Source of the DNA: a virus
Virus record (IMG/VR): IMGVR_UViG_3300045988_061467
Location: 1-56,045 of that record
DNA: 56,045 bases
Reading direction: 5' to 3' (one strand)
The translations under genes were made by a program, and so were the position numbers. How positions within the stretch are numbered: the stretch's first letter is position 1; each line of letters opens with the position of its first letter. The notes under the pieces were generated by a model that worked only from the letters and a program-made list of their open reading frames with translations, searched no databases and was not told the DNA's origin. Shown one piece after another: positions 43,081 through 51,824 of the stretch.

Positions 43081-43767
43081 TCAATTCTCCTTGTAATGAA
43101 TGGGGTCAGTCATTCCATTTTCTTCGAATGCCTTTTTGCGGTCGATACAAGTTGCGCAAGTTCCACAACTTTCCTCATCGCTTTCATAACATGAGCGAGT
43201 TAGGAAGTAAGGGACATCTAAATCAAGCCCCCATTTAACTACCTGCGCCTTGGTTAATGTAAGTAGATGAGCGACAAGGGTTACCTTGCCTCCAGTTCCA
43301 TATTCCATTGCATTTGACATTGAATTATAGAATTCAGGAGTACAGTCAGGATAGGCTCCTCCAGCCGCATCGTCTGCGTGAGCGCCATATACGACATATG
43401 AAGCTCCAACCGAATAAGCATAAGCCGCAGCCTGTGAAAGCATAAGACCATTTCTAAAAGGGACATAGGTATCAACAACTTCTTTTTCTTTTAGAATTTC
43501 AGCATAAGATTTGCCGTGAGACATTTCGCCCTTTCCTTGTAATAGAGAAGAGCTAGAGCTTGAATAGATTTTCGAGTCAATTTCGAGAACGGTGAACTTG
43601 ACTCCGTAGAACATTGCAACATTAGCAGCATTTTCGAGTTCTGCTTCATGCTTTTGTCCATAATTGAATGCTATAGCATGAACATTTTTAGCGCCCCATT
43701 TATCAACTTCGATAGCTAAGCAAGTGGCTGAGTCGACTCCTCCTGATAATAATACGACAGATTTCAT
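43081..43767 (-). CDS. queC: 7-cyano-7-deazaguanine synthase (QueC)
   Basis: PP-loop SGGVDSATC and a C-terminal zinc cysteines cluster (CYESDEESCGTCATCIDR). Confidence 0.85.
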   Translation of the reverse strand: MKSVVLLSGGVDSATCLAIEVDKWGAKNVHAIAFNYGQKHEAELENAANVAMFYGVKFTVLEIDSKIYSSSSSSLLQGKGEMSHGKSYAEILKEKEVVDTYVPFRNGLMLSQAAAYAYSVGASYVVYGAHADDAAGGAYPDCTPEFYNSMSNAMEYGTGGKVTLVAHLLTLTKAQVVKWGLDLDVPYFLTRSCYESDEESCGTCATCIDRKKAFEENGMTDPIHYKEN

Positions 43768-43776
43768 TTCAGCCTC

Positions 43777-44298
43777 CTATCGAATAGCTCTTCCTAGAGT
43801 GTGAACACTTCCCAAGAAATTCAATTTGCGTTGAAGTGAAAGCTGTTCGAGTTCAGGAGTTGCAAATTCAGGATTGACTTTGTTGACGAAAGGATAAATT
43901 GAAATTCCGCCACGAGGAGTGAATAGGCCCATGACTTCAATGTACTTAGGATTCATCAATTCATACAAGTCATTCAAGATAATGTTCATGCAATCTTCGT
44001 GGAAGTCGCCGTGGTTACGGAAGCTAAATAGGTAAAGTTTTAAAGATTTTGACTCAACCATTTCTTCATTTGGAATGTAACTAATGAAAACATTTGCGAA
44101 ATCAGGCTGTCCTGTTTTAGGACATAGTGAAGTGAATTCATATCCGTCGAATGTTACTAGGTAATTATTTTCAGGATGTTTGTTAGGGAATGTTTCAAGA
44201 ACTTCAGGATTATAATCATAATCGTATTTGGTGTCTTGGTTTCCTAATAGTGTAACGCCTGTTAGTTCAGCGTCTGTGCGTGTAGTGTTTTGACTCAT
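43777..44298 (-). CDS. queF: NADPH-dependent 7-cyano-7-deazaguanine reductase (QueF, unimodular type)
   Basis: Catalytic-Cys context [14 protein letters not shown] and the QueF motif [20 protein letters not shown]. Confidence 0.85.
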   Translation of the reverse strand: MSQNTTRTDAELTGVTLLGNQDTKYDYDYNPEVLETFPNKHPENNYLVTFDGYEFTSLCPKTGQPDFANVFISYIPNEEMVESKSLKLYLFSFRNHGDFHEDCMNIILNDLYELMNPKYIEVMGLFTPRGGISIYPFVNKVNPEFATPELEQLSLQRKLNFLGSVHTLGRAIR

Positions 44299-44362
44299 GT
44301 TCGAGCCTCCTTTATTTTTATTTTTAGCAGGATGTCAGGTTCTACAAAACTGCTTCATATAT

Positions 44363-44392
44363 ATTATACACGAATTTGATTCATTTTGTTAA
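44363..44392 (-). promoter_or_regulatory. Family-2 promoter upstream of queF
   Basis: Minus strand reads TTAACAaaatgaatcaaattcgtgTATAAT (18-nt spacer). Confidence 0.55.
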
Positions 44393-44425
44393 GCAAAAAT
44401 AACCCAATATCTGCTTCATAATTTT

Positions 44426-44454
44426 ATTATACGATAACGAATGAATGATGTCAA
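44426..44454 (-). promoter_or_regulatory. Family-1 promoter, in tandem with the family-2 promoter, upstream of queF
   Basis: Minus strand reads cgcTTGACAtcattcattcgttatcgTATAAT (17-nt spacer). Confidence 0.7.
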
Positions 44455-44464
44455 GCGTTTTTGT

Positions 44465-44492
44465 AAAAAAAAATAATCAGGAATTTTCCTGA
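44465..44492 (-). terminator. Strong Rho-independent terminator after the polymerase gene
   Basis: Stem tcagga (44477-44482) / tcctga (44487-44492), followed on the minus strand by UUAUUUUUUUUU. Confidence 0.75.
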
Positions 44493-44499
44493 CTACTTT

Positions 44500-46839
44500 T
44501 TAGATTTCAATTTCTTCACCATACCATCTTTCTACTATACTAGGGTCACATTTCATTGGAAGACTAATAATGTCCTTGGCTGCTTCAATCATAACTTCTG
44601 TCAACCGTTCTGCGCCTCGTTTAGCATTCTCTTTAGGAACTTCACCTAGTAACTCGTCATGAACTGGAATCATTAAATGGAATCCTAATTCTTTTAGTTC
44701 AGGGTCATTGTGTACCTTAATCATTGCGTACTTAGTCATGTCGGCTGCTGTTCCTTGAATAACGGAGTTCAAACATTGACGCTGAGCATCAGCTATCTTG
44801 CCTCCATTATCCTTGATAAGAATTCCCTCAGCTTTTGCTTGGTCTTTAATTTCCTGCTTCTTCTTAAATCCCCAAGCCCTGTCCAGCTGGGCCCAATATT
44901 TTTCGATAATATGTTCAGGAACAGCGTCATCCATCTGTTGGTCAGCGTCGAAGTTAAATGGGTCGAAGTCTTCGTTCTTGCTGGCGTCAATATACTCGAA
45001 TTCATATTCAGGCAAGCTCATATCAGGAAGTCTTCTTCTTCGACCGGTAGCGGTTTGAACGTATCCAAATTCCTGCGCGTGCTGTTGAACGAATATGATA
45101 TAGTCTGCTACTTTAGGGAACTCGCTAAAGAAGTCTTCTATAACTTTATTCGCTTCTTTGACAGACACATTCATTTGCTCAGCGATTGAGTTAGCCCCAC
45201 GGCCATACATTAGACCTAAAAGAACTGACTTGACTGAGTTTCTTCGAAGTTTCCCTTCCTTGTTAGTTGTTCCGTCTGGATAAAACTCTAAACACTCTTC
45301 ATAAGGGACACCATAAAGTTTCGAACCGATAACTGAATATAGGTCCAGGTTTTGTTCGTAAGCGTGACGCATACTTTCATCACCACTTAATTCAGCGAGT
45401 GAACGTGGCTCTTGTTGAGAGTAGTCACTACCGATAATGTAGTGGCCTGGACTTGCTGAAAAGATTTGTCGAACTACTGCGCCTTCTCCTCTTGACGGAA
45501 TATTCTGTAAGTTAGGGCCTTCACTTGACATACGTCCAGTCTTAGCTCCGTACTGTTTGAATGTAGTGTGAATTCGATTGTCAGGTTTTGCAAGGTGCTG
45601 GTCAAGTGTTGTATAGGTAGAAACTAATTTTGCATATTTTCTATATTTCAAAAGTGCTTTTGAGATATCGTTATCAAAATGCTCGACAATACTTTCACCC
45701 GTCCCTCTAGGTTTATCCTTTTCAGGACTCTTCAATCCCATGATGTCATAAAACAGAATTGCTAATTGAGTAGGACTGGAAATGCTTACTGCTACTCTAC
45801 CTCTTGCATCCATTTCGAGTTTTTGATAGCTTTGGAAATTAGTTTGTCGAAGTTCTTCAATTTCAGGTTGCCACTCACTAACAAGCTGTTGAAATTCAGC
45901 TTCTGCTTCATTCATGCTATTAGTAAACTTCTCTCTAATCTCTTGTAGCTTGTCCTGGTCTAAATCTACTCCGTAGACTTCCATGTCAAAGAGGACTTTA
46001 ATTAGAGGCATTTCAATATTATGAAGAACCCATGAAACTTTTTCTAGGTTGTATTCTTCACATTCTTCAGTTCCCGGTGTTAGATATTGTTTTTGAAACT
46101 CATAAAGTTCGAAAGTTTGCAAAGGGTCATAAGCCGCATACATATATGCAACATCCGGAGGAATTAAACTAAAAGGAATGCCTTTGAACAAGTCATTGAA
46201 TTTAGCAACCTCTGCATTTTCTTCATTTCGAACATATTTAGAATGAAGACTTTTCAAGCTGTGAGATTCGTTTTCATTTAAAAGCATTGCGGCTAAATAA
46301 GTATCCCATTCAGGCTCATTCATCTTGACGCCAAGTCGCCAATAAATCGATTTCATATCAAATTTCGAATTGTGGTAGATAATAGGAATTCCTGAATCTA
46401 TAATTCGTTGAAGCATTTTCTTCATAAACTCAGGAGAAATTTGATTCTTAATTCGCATCTTTGTCATATTGCTAACATGATTGACAGGAGCGTAGATTCC
46501 TTTTTGACTCGGTGAGTACAAGCAGACTCCTGCTAGCTCATCGTGAATAGTATCCAGTCCGTCAGTTTCCACGTCAATAGAACCTATTCCATCTTCAATC
46601 ATTTTGTCTACATACTGCTCGAGTTTTTCTTCCTCAGTGACTAACTCAAGTCTATCAAGAACGTGTCCAAGAATTCTAGTTGAAAGAGTTCGAGCTCTAG
46701 CGACTGCATCCTTTAGAGCGTTTCCTGAAATGTAAGTAACCTCAACTGCAGGCTTCTTATTTCTTCTTTGTGCTAATAATTGGGCGTCATTCTTCTTACT
46801 TGAACGAGGCTTTGCACCAAAAAGTCCTTTCTGTGACAT
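44500..46839 (-). CDS. polA: Family A DNA polymerase (PolA-like, with a 3'-5' exonuclease domain and an N-terminal basic extension)
   Basis: Exo motif (IDVETDGL), pol motifs (DYSQQEPR, RRNSVKSVLLGLMYG, IPVHDELL). The N-terminus reads MSQKGLFGAKPRSSKK. Confidence 0.85.
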   Translation of the reverse strand: MSQKGLFGAKPRSSKKNDAQLLAQRRNKKPAVEVTYISGNALKDAVARARTLSTRILGHVLDRLELVTEEEKLEQYVDKMIEDGIGSIDVETDGLDTIHDELAGVCLYSPSQKGIYAPVNHVSNMTKMRIKNQISPEFMKKMLQRIIDSGIPIIYHNSKFDMKSIYWRLGVKMNEPEWDTYLAAMLLNENESHSLKSLHSKYVRNEENAEVAKFNDLFKGIPFSLIPPDVAYMYAAYDPLQTFELYEFQKQYLTPGTEECEEYNLEKVSWVLHNIEMPLIKVLFDMEVYGVDLDQDKLQEIREKFTNSMNEAEAEFQQLVSEWQPEIEELRQTNFQSYQKLEMDARGRVAVSISSPTQLAILFYDIMGLKSPEKDKPRGTGESIVEHFDNDISKALLKYRKYAKLVSTYTTLDQHLAKPDNRIHTTFKQYGAKTGRMSSEGPNLQNIPSRGEGAVVRQIFSASPGHYIIGSDYSQQEPRSLAELSGDESMRHAYEQNLDLYSVIGSKLYGVPYEECLEFYPDGTTNKEGKLRRNSVKSVLLGLMYGRGANSIAEQMNVSVKEANKVIEDFFSEFPKVADYIIFVQQHAQEFGYVQTATGRRRRLPDMSLPEYEFEYIDASKNEDFDPFNFDADQQMDDAVPEHIIEKYWAQLDRAWGFKKKQEIKDQAKAEGILIKDNGGKIADAQRQCLNSVIQGTAADMTKYAMIKVHNDPELKELGFHLMIPVHDELLGEVPKENAKRGAERLTEVMIEAAKDIISLPMKCDPSIVERWYGEEIEI

Positions 46840-46884
46840 GATTTTCCCTTTCTTTCAATAATAAAGAGGGCTTTCGCCCTCATG

Positions 46885-47613
46885 TTAGAATCCTCGACCT
46901 CGTGTTGGAGGAGTTCTGCGACTAACTGAAGGAGTTCTTTCAGCTGTTCGACCTTGTGAAGATTCTCGACCAGCGCCTCGTCTTGGAGCAGGTGATGCAC
47001 CTCTACGAGAATTTGAACGACTAGAAGAACGCTCTTCTTGAAGAGTGAATCTTCCGTCAACGACGTCCAGCATTTGGTCTTCATCTAGTTCTAAAATTAG
47101 AGTGCCAAGAAGATCACTCTTTTCTGGAAAGTCATCGAGAGTAGCATTGTCCTCAGGACGCTCTGGAAGAAATTCGTAGGTAGTTCGTTGGTCACCTTTA
47201 GCTCCTGAGCGAATAATTTCGAAAGGCTGCGTCACAAGGCTTCCATATTTGTTGATAAATGTAACAATCTTCTGAACATAAGAACGGCCTCGGTCCCATG
47301 TCTCAACTTTTCCGGTGTTGTGGTTGTAAAGTTGAAGAAATAGTTTTTCAATACGAGGGAACCCGTTTTGGCATAGTGGACAGTTATCAGGATTGATAGA
47401 TTCACCGTCTTCGCTGATAGCGTTGCAATTGATATAACGGCGTCGACCGTCAATGTCTGCTTCATGGACTACAAAGTAGTCGATATCTTCGCCCTCTGGA
47501 TCTTCGTACAATAGAGTGACAATTGCGCTGTCACCGTGGTCTGCGAGTGTAAAGAACTCGTTATTAGACCCTGAGCTAAATGTTCCTGATTTTTGAATAG
47601 ATACTCTTGCCAT
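46885..47613 (-). CDS. gp32-like single-stranded DNA-binding protein with a zinc motif and a basic RG-rich C-terminal tail
   Basis: The layout FFTLADHGDSAIVTLL...VVHEADIDGRRRYINC...NPDNCPLCQ parallels the T4 gp32 OB-fold with its His/Cys3 zinc site. The tail reads SRRGASPAPRRGAGRE...TRGRGF. Confidence 0.5.
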   Translation of the reverse strand: MARVSIQKSGTFSSGSNNEFFTLADHGDSAIVTLLYEDPEGEDIDYFVVHEADIDGRRRYINCNAISEDGESINPDNCPLCQNGFPRIEKLFLQLYNHNTGKVETWDRGRSYVQKIVTFINKYGSLVTQPFEIIRSGAKGDQRTTYEFLPERPEDNATLDDFPEKSDLLGTLILELDEDQMLDVVDGRFTLQEERSSSRSNSRRGASPAPRRGAGRESSQGRTAERTPSVSRRTPPTRGRGF

Positions 47614-47693
47614 ATCAATTCTCCTTTATAAGTTTTTAATGGTTGAAAGATTTTTGAAGTTTTTAAGGTTTCAAAGTTTGTCCTTTCATATAT

Positions 47694-47723
47694 AATATAC
47701 ACGAAATTCACGTGATTTGTAAA
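47694..47723 (-). promoter_or_regulatory. Family-2 promoter upstream of the SSB-like gene
   Basis: Minus strand reads TTTACAaatcacgtgaatttcgtgTATATT (18-nt spacer). AACCGGTT overlaps the -35 at 47722-47729. Confidence 0.55.
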
Positions 47724-47727
47724 CCGG

Positions 47728-48342
47728 TTATAAAAAATCTTTTAATTTATTTTGCAATGACTTCTTAGACTGACTAATAGCGGACCTGCTTACTCCAATT
47801 TCACGCGCAATTTCTGCGTCGCTTACTGAAGGCCCGTTTTGAATGACTGACGAAATATAAGCGTATTCTGTATTAGAAAGAGTCATACAATCTAAACTTG
47901 CTTCAATTTCAATTTTTCCATAGTCTTCACAATAGCCAACTGTTGACAGGATACTAAAATCGTTGCTTTCATCATTTGTTGAGACGTTTTCAAACGTGAC
48001 TTCTACATACCAATTTCGATGCATAGAAGGCGCATTTAGATATCTATACTCCAAGACTATTCTGTTTTTGAAGAGCCTTGTAAGGTAAGTTGAAAACTTA
48101 GCACCCTGGTCTGATTTAAATGTTGCCAGACACTTTGAGATAGTTTCGAAAGCAATGCTCTCAATGTCATGTCGAGATAGGCATTTAAACCTTTTTGCAT
48201 AAGAATAAAGCATCCCAAAATAACGATGATAAGCAGACGCAATTGACATATCAGGATTTAATTCAAAGTTCCTGACACATTCATCGTCCGTCCAGCATTC
48301 GAATCCTACATAACTAGACACCAGTCTATTTACTTCTTTCAT
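47728..48342 (-). CDS. Phage-encoded sigma-70-family factor (regions 2 and 4)
   Basis: Region-2-like DIESIAFETISKCLATFKSDQGAKFSTYLTRLFKNRIVLEYR and region-4 HTH SDAEIAREIGVSRSAISQSKKSLQNKL. Confidence 0.65.
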   Translation of the reverse strand: MKEVNRLVSSYVGFECWTDDECVRNFELNPDMSIASAYHRYFGMLYSYAKRFKCLSRHDIESIAFETISKCLATFKSDQGAKFSTYLTRLFKNRIVLEYRYLNAPSMHRNWYVEVTFENVSTNDESNDFSILSTVGYCEDYGKIEIEASLDCMTLSNTEYAYISSVIQNGPSVSDAEIAREIGVSRSAISQSKKSLQNKLKDFL

Positions 48343-48377
48343 ATTGATGTGACCTCTTTTAAAAATTTGCTAACTTT

Positions 48378-48406
48378 ATTATACGATAATAAAAGAATTT
48401 CTACAA
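48378..48406 (-). promoter_or_regulatory. Family-1-like promoter (degenerate -35) upstream of the sigma-like gene
   Basis: Minus strand reads TTGTAG-17 nt-TATAAT, sharing ttatcgTATAAT with family 1. The -35 overlaps the primase stop codon. Confidence 0.45.
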
Positions 48407-49417
48407 GACTAAATCCTTAAAATTTAATAATTCCGGATGGTCGTTTATATCCCACTTATTATCATAGAACTCTTTAGGGTAGTTTAGAAACCGAACAACC
48501 TTGCTTCGTTTTAACTGTCGATAGAGTTTTTCCTGCGCTGTCTGCCCAGCGTTATCAGGGTCAAGCGCTAGAACAATATTTCTATAAGGAAGGCGTTTTA
48601 GTAAATTGATTTGATTTCCTCCACCTACTCCCATGAGAGCGACTGCTGGAATCTTCATTGACCAAAGAGTCAAGCAGTTGATAACAGACTCAGTCACGAA
48701 TACTTGACTAATAGGTTTTTCAAAATAGTCTCGAAATGCTGTGAGCTCATATTGACCGTAAAGGAAATCCGTTTTAGGGTCATCTTCTCCGTACTGGTGA
48801 AACTTAGAACGAACACTTCGACGGTTGAAGAATACTGTTTCGCCTTTTAGGTTTCTTACTGGAAAAGTAATGCAGTCATGCAGTTTGTCATAACCTACAT
48901 CGAACATCTCGATGAGCTCGTCCGTCAATTTCCGTTCATACATATAAGGATGAATGAACCTGTACTTATCAAGTTCCTCTTCCGGAATGATTTTATGCTC
49001 GACTTTTTTAGTTCTCCCATTTCTTCGAAACGCTTCCGGACTAACTCCCTGCCTAACTACTTCACTGGATGTTCCAAAATTTCTTTTCAGCCACTGGTTT
49101 CCGTAGAATCCTCCATCCTTTCGTCCTAATACGTTCGAGATGAACTCAGTTAGTCCTGAAGTATAGCCGCAAGTGAAACAGTGAACTGTTCCAGCTTCTG
49201 TCACTTTACTTCCTGAATAAGAAGGATTTCTACTCATACCGCAAGAGGGATGCTTTTCAGTCCCTCCTGCATGGAATGGGCATGAGAATTGATAGTTGCT
49301 TGCTAGCGACTTAGTTCTTCTAAAAATGAATACTCCTTCATCTTCCAGCTGTCTTGAAAGTTTTTCAATTATTTGCTCAGGAGTGGCTTCAATTTGAAGA
49401 CCGTTTACTTTCATCAA
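48401..49417 (-). CDS. dnaG: DNA primase (DnaG-like: CHC2 zinc finger plus TOPRIM)
   Basis: FSCPFHAGGTEKHPSCGMS...HCFTCG zinc finger. TOPRIM acidic motifs (VTESVINC, LALDPDNAG). Confidence 0.75.
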   Translation of the reverse strand: MMKVNGLQIEATPEQIIEKLSRQLEDEGVFIFRRTKSLASNYQFSCPFHAGGTEKHPSCGMSRNPSYSGSKVTEAGTVHCFTCGYTSGLTEFISNVLGRKDGGFYGNQWLKRNFGTSSEVVRQGVSPEAFRRNGRTKKVEHKIIPEEELDKYRFIHPYMYERKLTDELIEMFDVGYDKLHDCITFPVRNLKGETVFFNRRSVRSKFHQYGEDDPKTDFLYGQYELTAFRDYFEKPISQVFVTESVINCLTLWSMKIPAVALMGVGGGNQINLLKRLPYRNIVLALDPDNAGQTAQEKLYRQLKRSKVVRFLNYPKEFYDNKWDINDHPELLNFKDLVL

Positions 49418-50751
49418 AATGCTTCAACTCCTTCCCTTGTAACTTTACTTCGAAGACGAGCAGTCGCTCTAGATGCTTTTGCTTTCAATGGAGAGCTTTC
49501 GCTTTTCTCAGTTCCTTCCTCACCTTCCTCTTTAAATCCTATAAGAGTATAGGTTCCGGTTTCAACGTCCCACATATATTCGATGATTTTTCTGTCTTCA
49601 CCATATCGATTTTTAACTACTGACAATTCAAGTATGCCCGATTTCTCATCACGCTTCATAGCGATAACTCTACTAGCATTTTGACCTACTCCGTCACTTT
49701 CTGCTATATGTTCTAGTTCAATACTTTCAGCGCCTTCAGTTTTAGCCGAACGTCCTGCTTGGACATTAAGCACAATAGGAATTCCATATTTAGCAGAAAT
49801 CTTATATAAGTCCATGGTGATGTTGGCGTACTGGATACGCTTCTGCTCTCTAGAGGGATAAGACTCGCTCATAAGTGAAAGCTGGTCAATTCCTACCACG
49901 GATGGTTTATATTTAGATATCATGCTATCTAAAATTGCAGGAGTAAGATTCTTTCCGCCAATCATAAATGGCGTAACTACGACCAAAGAATTTTCAGACT
50001 CAGTCATTGCTTGAATATGGTCCTCATATTTCTCGAACTGGTGGTCGTTCCATATTCCTTTGGTAATTGAATTGATGCTAACATTAGAAAGAATAGTATC
50101 AATACGAGCACCAACTTGCATTTCACTCATTTCTCCACTATATAGGAGAACATCATGCCCGTTCTTCCAAGCGGTTGCAAGCATTTTATCAATAGTCCAC
50201 GACTTACCTTGTCCAGGTCGAGCCATTATGACAACCAAATCCTCACCAGGAAGTAAGCCTCCAAGCACGTCGTCCAGTAGTTCAAACCCTGTCGATATTC
50301 CAAGTCTTTCACCGTCATGGTTTCTAATATTATTCGCCCAGTCTAGTCGAAGTTTAGCATTTCTTGCAATGTCCATTCCGCCTACGAATTTAGAGCGATT
50401 GAAAAGTTCTTCGAGTTTTGGAATTATATTTGCAATCGCAATGTTACTATCTACTTGAATATCCTCAGCCGCCTCCGTTAAAATTGGCACCAGTGAATTA
50501 TATAAATGCTCCTCTTTTAACTTGTCGATAAGATATTCATCAGTTTCGCCAATTTCAAAAAATTCAAATCCAGGGAAATGGTCGAGAATAGTTTCGTCAT
50601 CCGGAACTCTTCCATACTTCGAAAAATGTTCTTGAATAAATTGATACTCATCTAAATAATCCGTGAAGTATTCTTGGTCAATTCCATTATTTTCTAAAAT
50701 GGATAAGCTCTTGTCTTCAAGAACTTTGTTTAAGACTTGAAGTTGTATCAC
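49414..50751 (-). CDS. dnaB: Replicative DNA helicase (DnaB-like)
   Basis: ARPGQGKSWT Walker A, a RecA-like C-terminal domain and a DnaB-like N-terminal domain. Confidence 0.8.
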   Translation of the reverse strand: MIQLQVLNKVLEDKSLSILENNGIDQEYFTDYLDEYQFIQEHFSKYGRVPDDETILDHFPGFEFFEIGETDEYLIDKLKEEHLYNSLVPILTEAAEDIQVDSNIAIANIIPKLEELFNRSKFVGGMDIARNAKLRLDWANNIRNHDGERLGISTGFELLDDVLGGLLPGEDLVVIMARPGQGKSWTIDKMLATAWKNGHDVLLYSGEMSEMQVGARIDTILSNVSINSITKGIWNDHQFEKYEDHIQAMTESENSLVVVTPFMIGGKNLTPAILDSMISKYKPSVVGIDQLSLMSESYPSREQKRIQYANITMDLYKISAKYGIPIVLNVQAGRSAKTEGAESIELEHIAESDGVGQNASRVIAMKRDEKSGILELSVVKNRYGEDRKIIEYMWDVETGTYTLIGFKEEGEEGTEKSESSPLKAKASRATARLRSKVTREGVEAF

Positions 50752-51029
50752 TCTTCCACCTCTTTCAATTTTCCTACCTGCTGCCCCTTTTCATTATAGA
50801 GAGGACTTTCCTTAGCCCCTGGAGTGCTTCCTAGCCAAGCTCCGGAACTATCGACTGTAACATAGACAGCAGACTTTTCTTTCTGCTTATAACTTTCAAT
50901 TATTTTAGTTTGAACATCTCGCTCATCATATCTACCTTTAGCATAAGTTACCATACAACAGACGACAAGGAAAAGAATTGCCCATAAGAGAATATTCGTC
51001 ACTTTACTATATCTATGATTCAATTTCAT
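50748..51029 (-). CDS. Membrane-anchored hypothetical protein (93 aa)
   Basis: N-terminal TM (ILLWAILFLVVCCMVTY). Confidence 0.5.
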   Translation of the reverse strand: MKLNHRYSKVTNILLWAILFLVVCCMVTYAKGRYDERDVQTKIIESYKQKEKSAVYVTVDSSGAWLGSTPGAKESPLYNEKGQQVGKLKEVEE

Positions 51030-51657
51030 CTACCTCCAATCCTCTTACATTGCTTGCCTGAAAATCTAGAACCACTGAGGTATCGTAGATACGACTATAA
51101 AGCCTTTGGCCTAAAAGTTCAATAATTTCATCATCACTATAATTAGTTGTATAGATAGTTGACAAATTATTATCGACTCGATAATTAACTAGGTCATAAA
51201 GATAAGGATAAGACGCCTTGGTTAAGGAGCCCCCTCCTATTTCATCAATGACTAATAGTTCACAAGTTTTAAGTCGTTCAAACCTTTCGAGAAATTCTTG
51301 CATAGTTTGAAAATAATTGTAGTCGCCAAACTCAGTCAAAAGTTGAGCAGACACTACAAACATTCCTTTCTCGACCATTCTTCCATCAAGTGCAGTTTCT
51401 GCTAAATAGCGTTGCAAAAGTCGAACCGCCCAGCTAGTTTTTCCATTCCCGACAGTTTTCGAAGTAATAACAATGCTGAGACCATTTCGAACTTCTTCGA
51501 CTATATTTGCTCGAACAGATTCGAGCCATTCCCAACATTCCTTATCAGCTTCTCTCTCGACTAATATTTGAGGTTCGAAATACTTCTGAGGTAGTCCACT
51601 TCTCTCGAAAAGGTCATTTAACTTTTTCTTCCATATTCTATCAGCTAAATTTTCCAA
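51013..51657 (-). CDS. DnaC/IstB-like AAA+ helicase loader
   Basis: GNGKTSWAVRLL Walker A and LLVIDEIG Walker B. TTG start at 51657 with AAGGAG 5 nt upstream. Confidence 0.65.
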   Translation of the reverse strand: MENLADRIWKKKLNDLFERSGLPQKYFEPQILVEREADKECWEWLESVRANIVEEVRNGLSIVITSKTVGNGKTSWAVRLLQRYLAETALDGRMVEKGMFVVSAQLLTEFGDYNYFQTMQEFLERFERLKTCELLVIDEIGGGSLTKASYPYLYDLVNYRVDNNLSTIYTTNYSDDEIIELLGQRLYSRIYDTSVVLDFQASNVRGLEVDEIES

Positions 51658-51682
51658 CTTTTCTCCTTTTTATATTTTCGAT

Positions 51683-51709
51683 ACTATAATTTATTAACTA
51701 TAATTTATT
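51683..51709. repeat. Tandem 13-bp direct repeat (ACTATAATTTATT x2, 14-bp period) in the leader of the loader gene
   Basis: Copies at 51683-51695 and 51697-51709. The near-palindrome GGTGTATATATACC lies nearby at 51721-51734. Confidence 0.7.
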
Positions 51710-51759
51710 TCTCGATTATTGGTGTATATATACCGGCCCGAAAGAATCAAGATTGATAA

Positions 51760-51789
51760 ATTATACGCCAATTGAGGTCATTTTGTTAA
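51760..51789 (-). promoter_or_regulatory. Family-2 promoter upstream of the loader gene (~100-nt leader)
   Basis: Minus strand reads TTAACAaaatgacctcaattggcgTATAAT. The 20-nt block cattttgttaagcaaaaat is shared with 44378-44398. Confidence 0.5.
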
Positions 51790-51824
51790 GCAAAAATTTA
51801 AAAATCTAAAAATAGTCTACTTAA

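Noticed and set aside
46773-47084. 103-aa minus-strand ORF bridging the SSB-like gene 3' end and the polymerase start
   Set aside because: It is an alternative frame of the RG-rich SSB tail (Leu/Val/Gln/Glu-rich) that overlaps two well-supported genes. No RBS.
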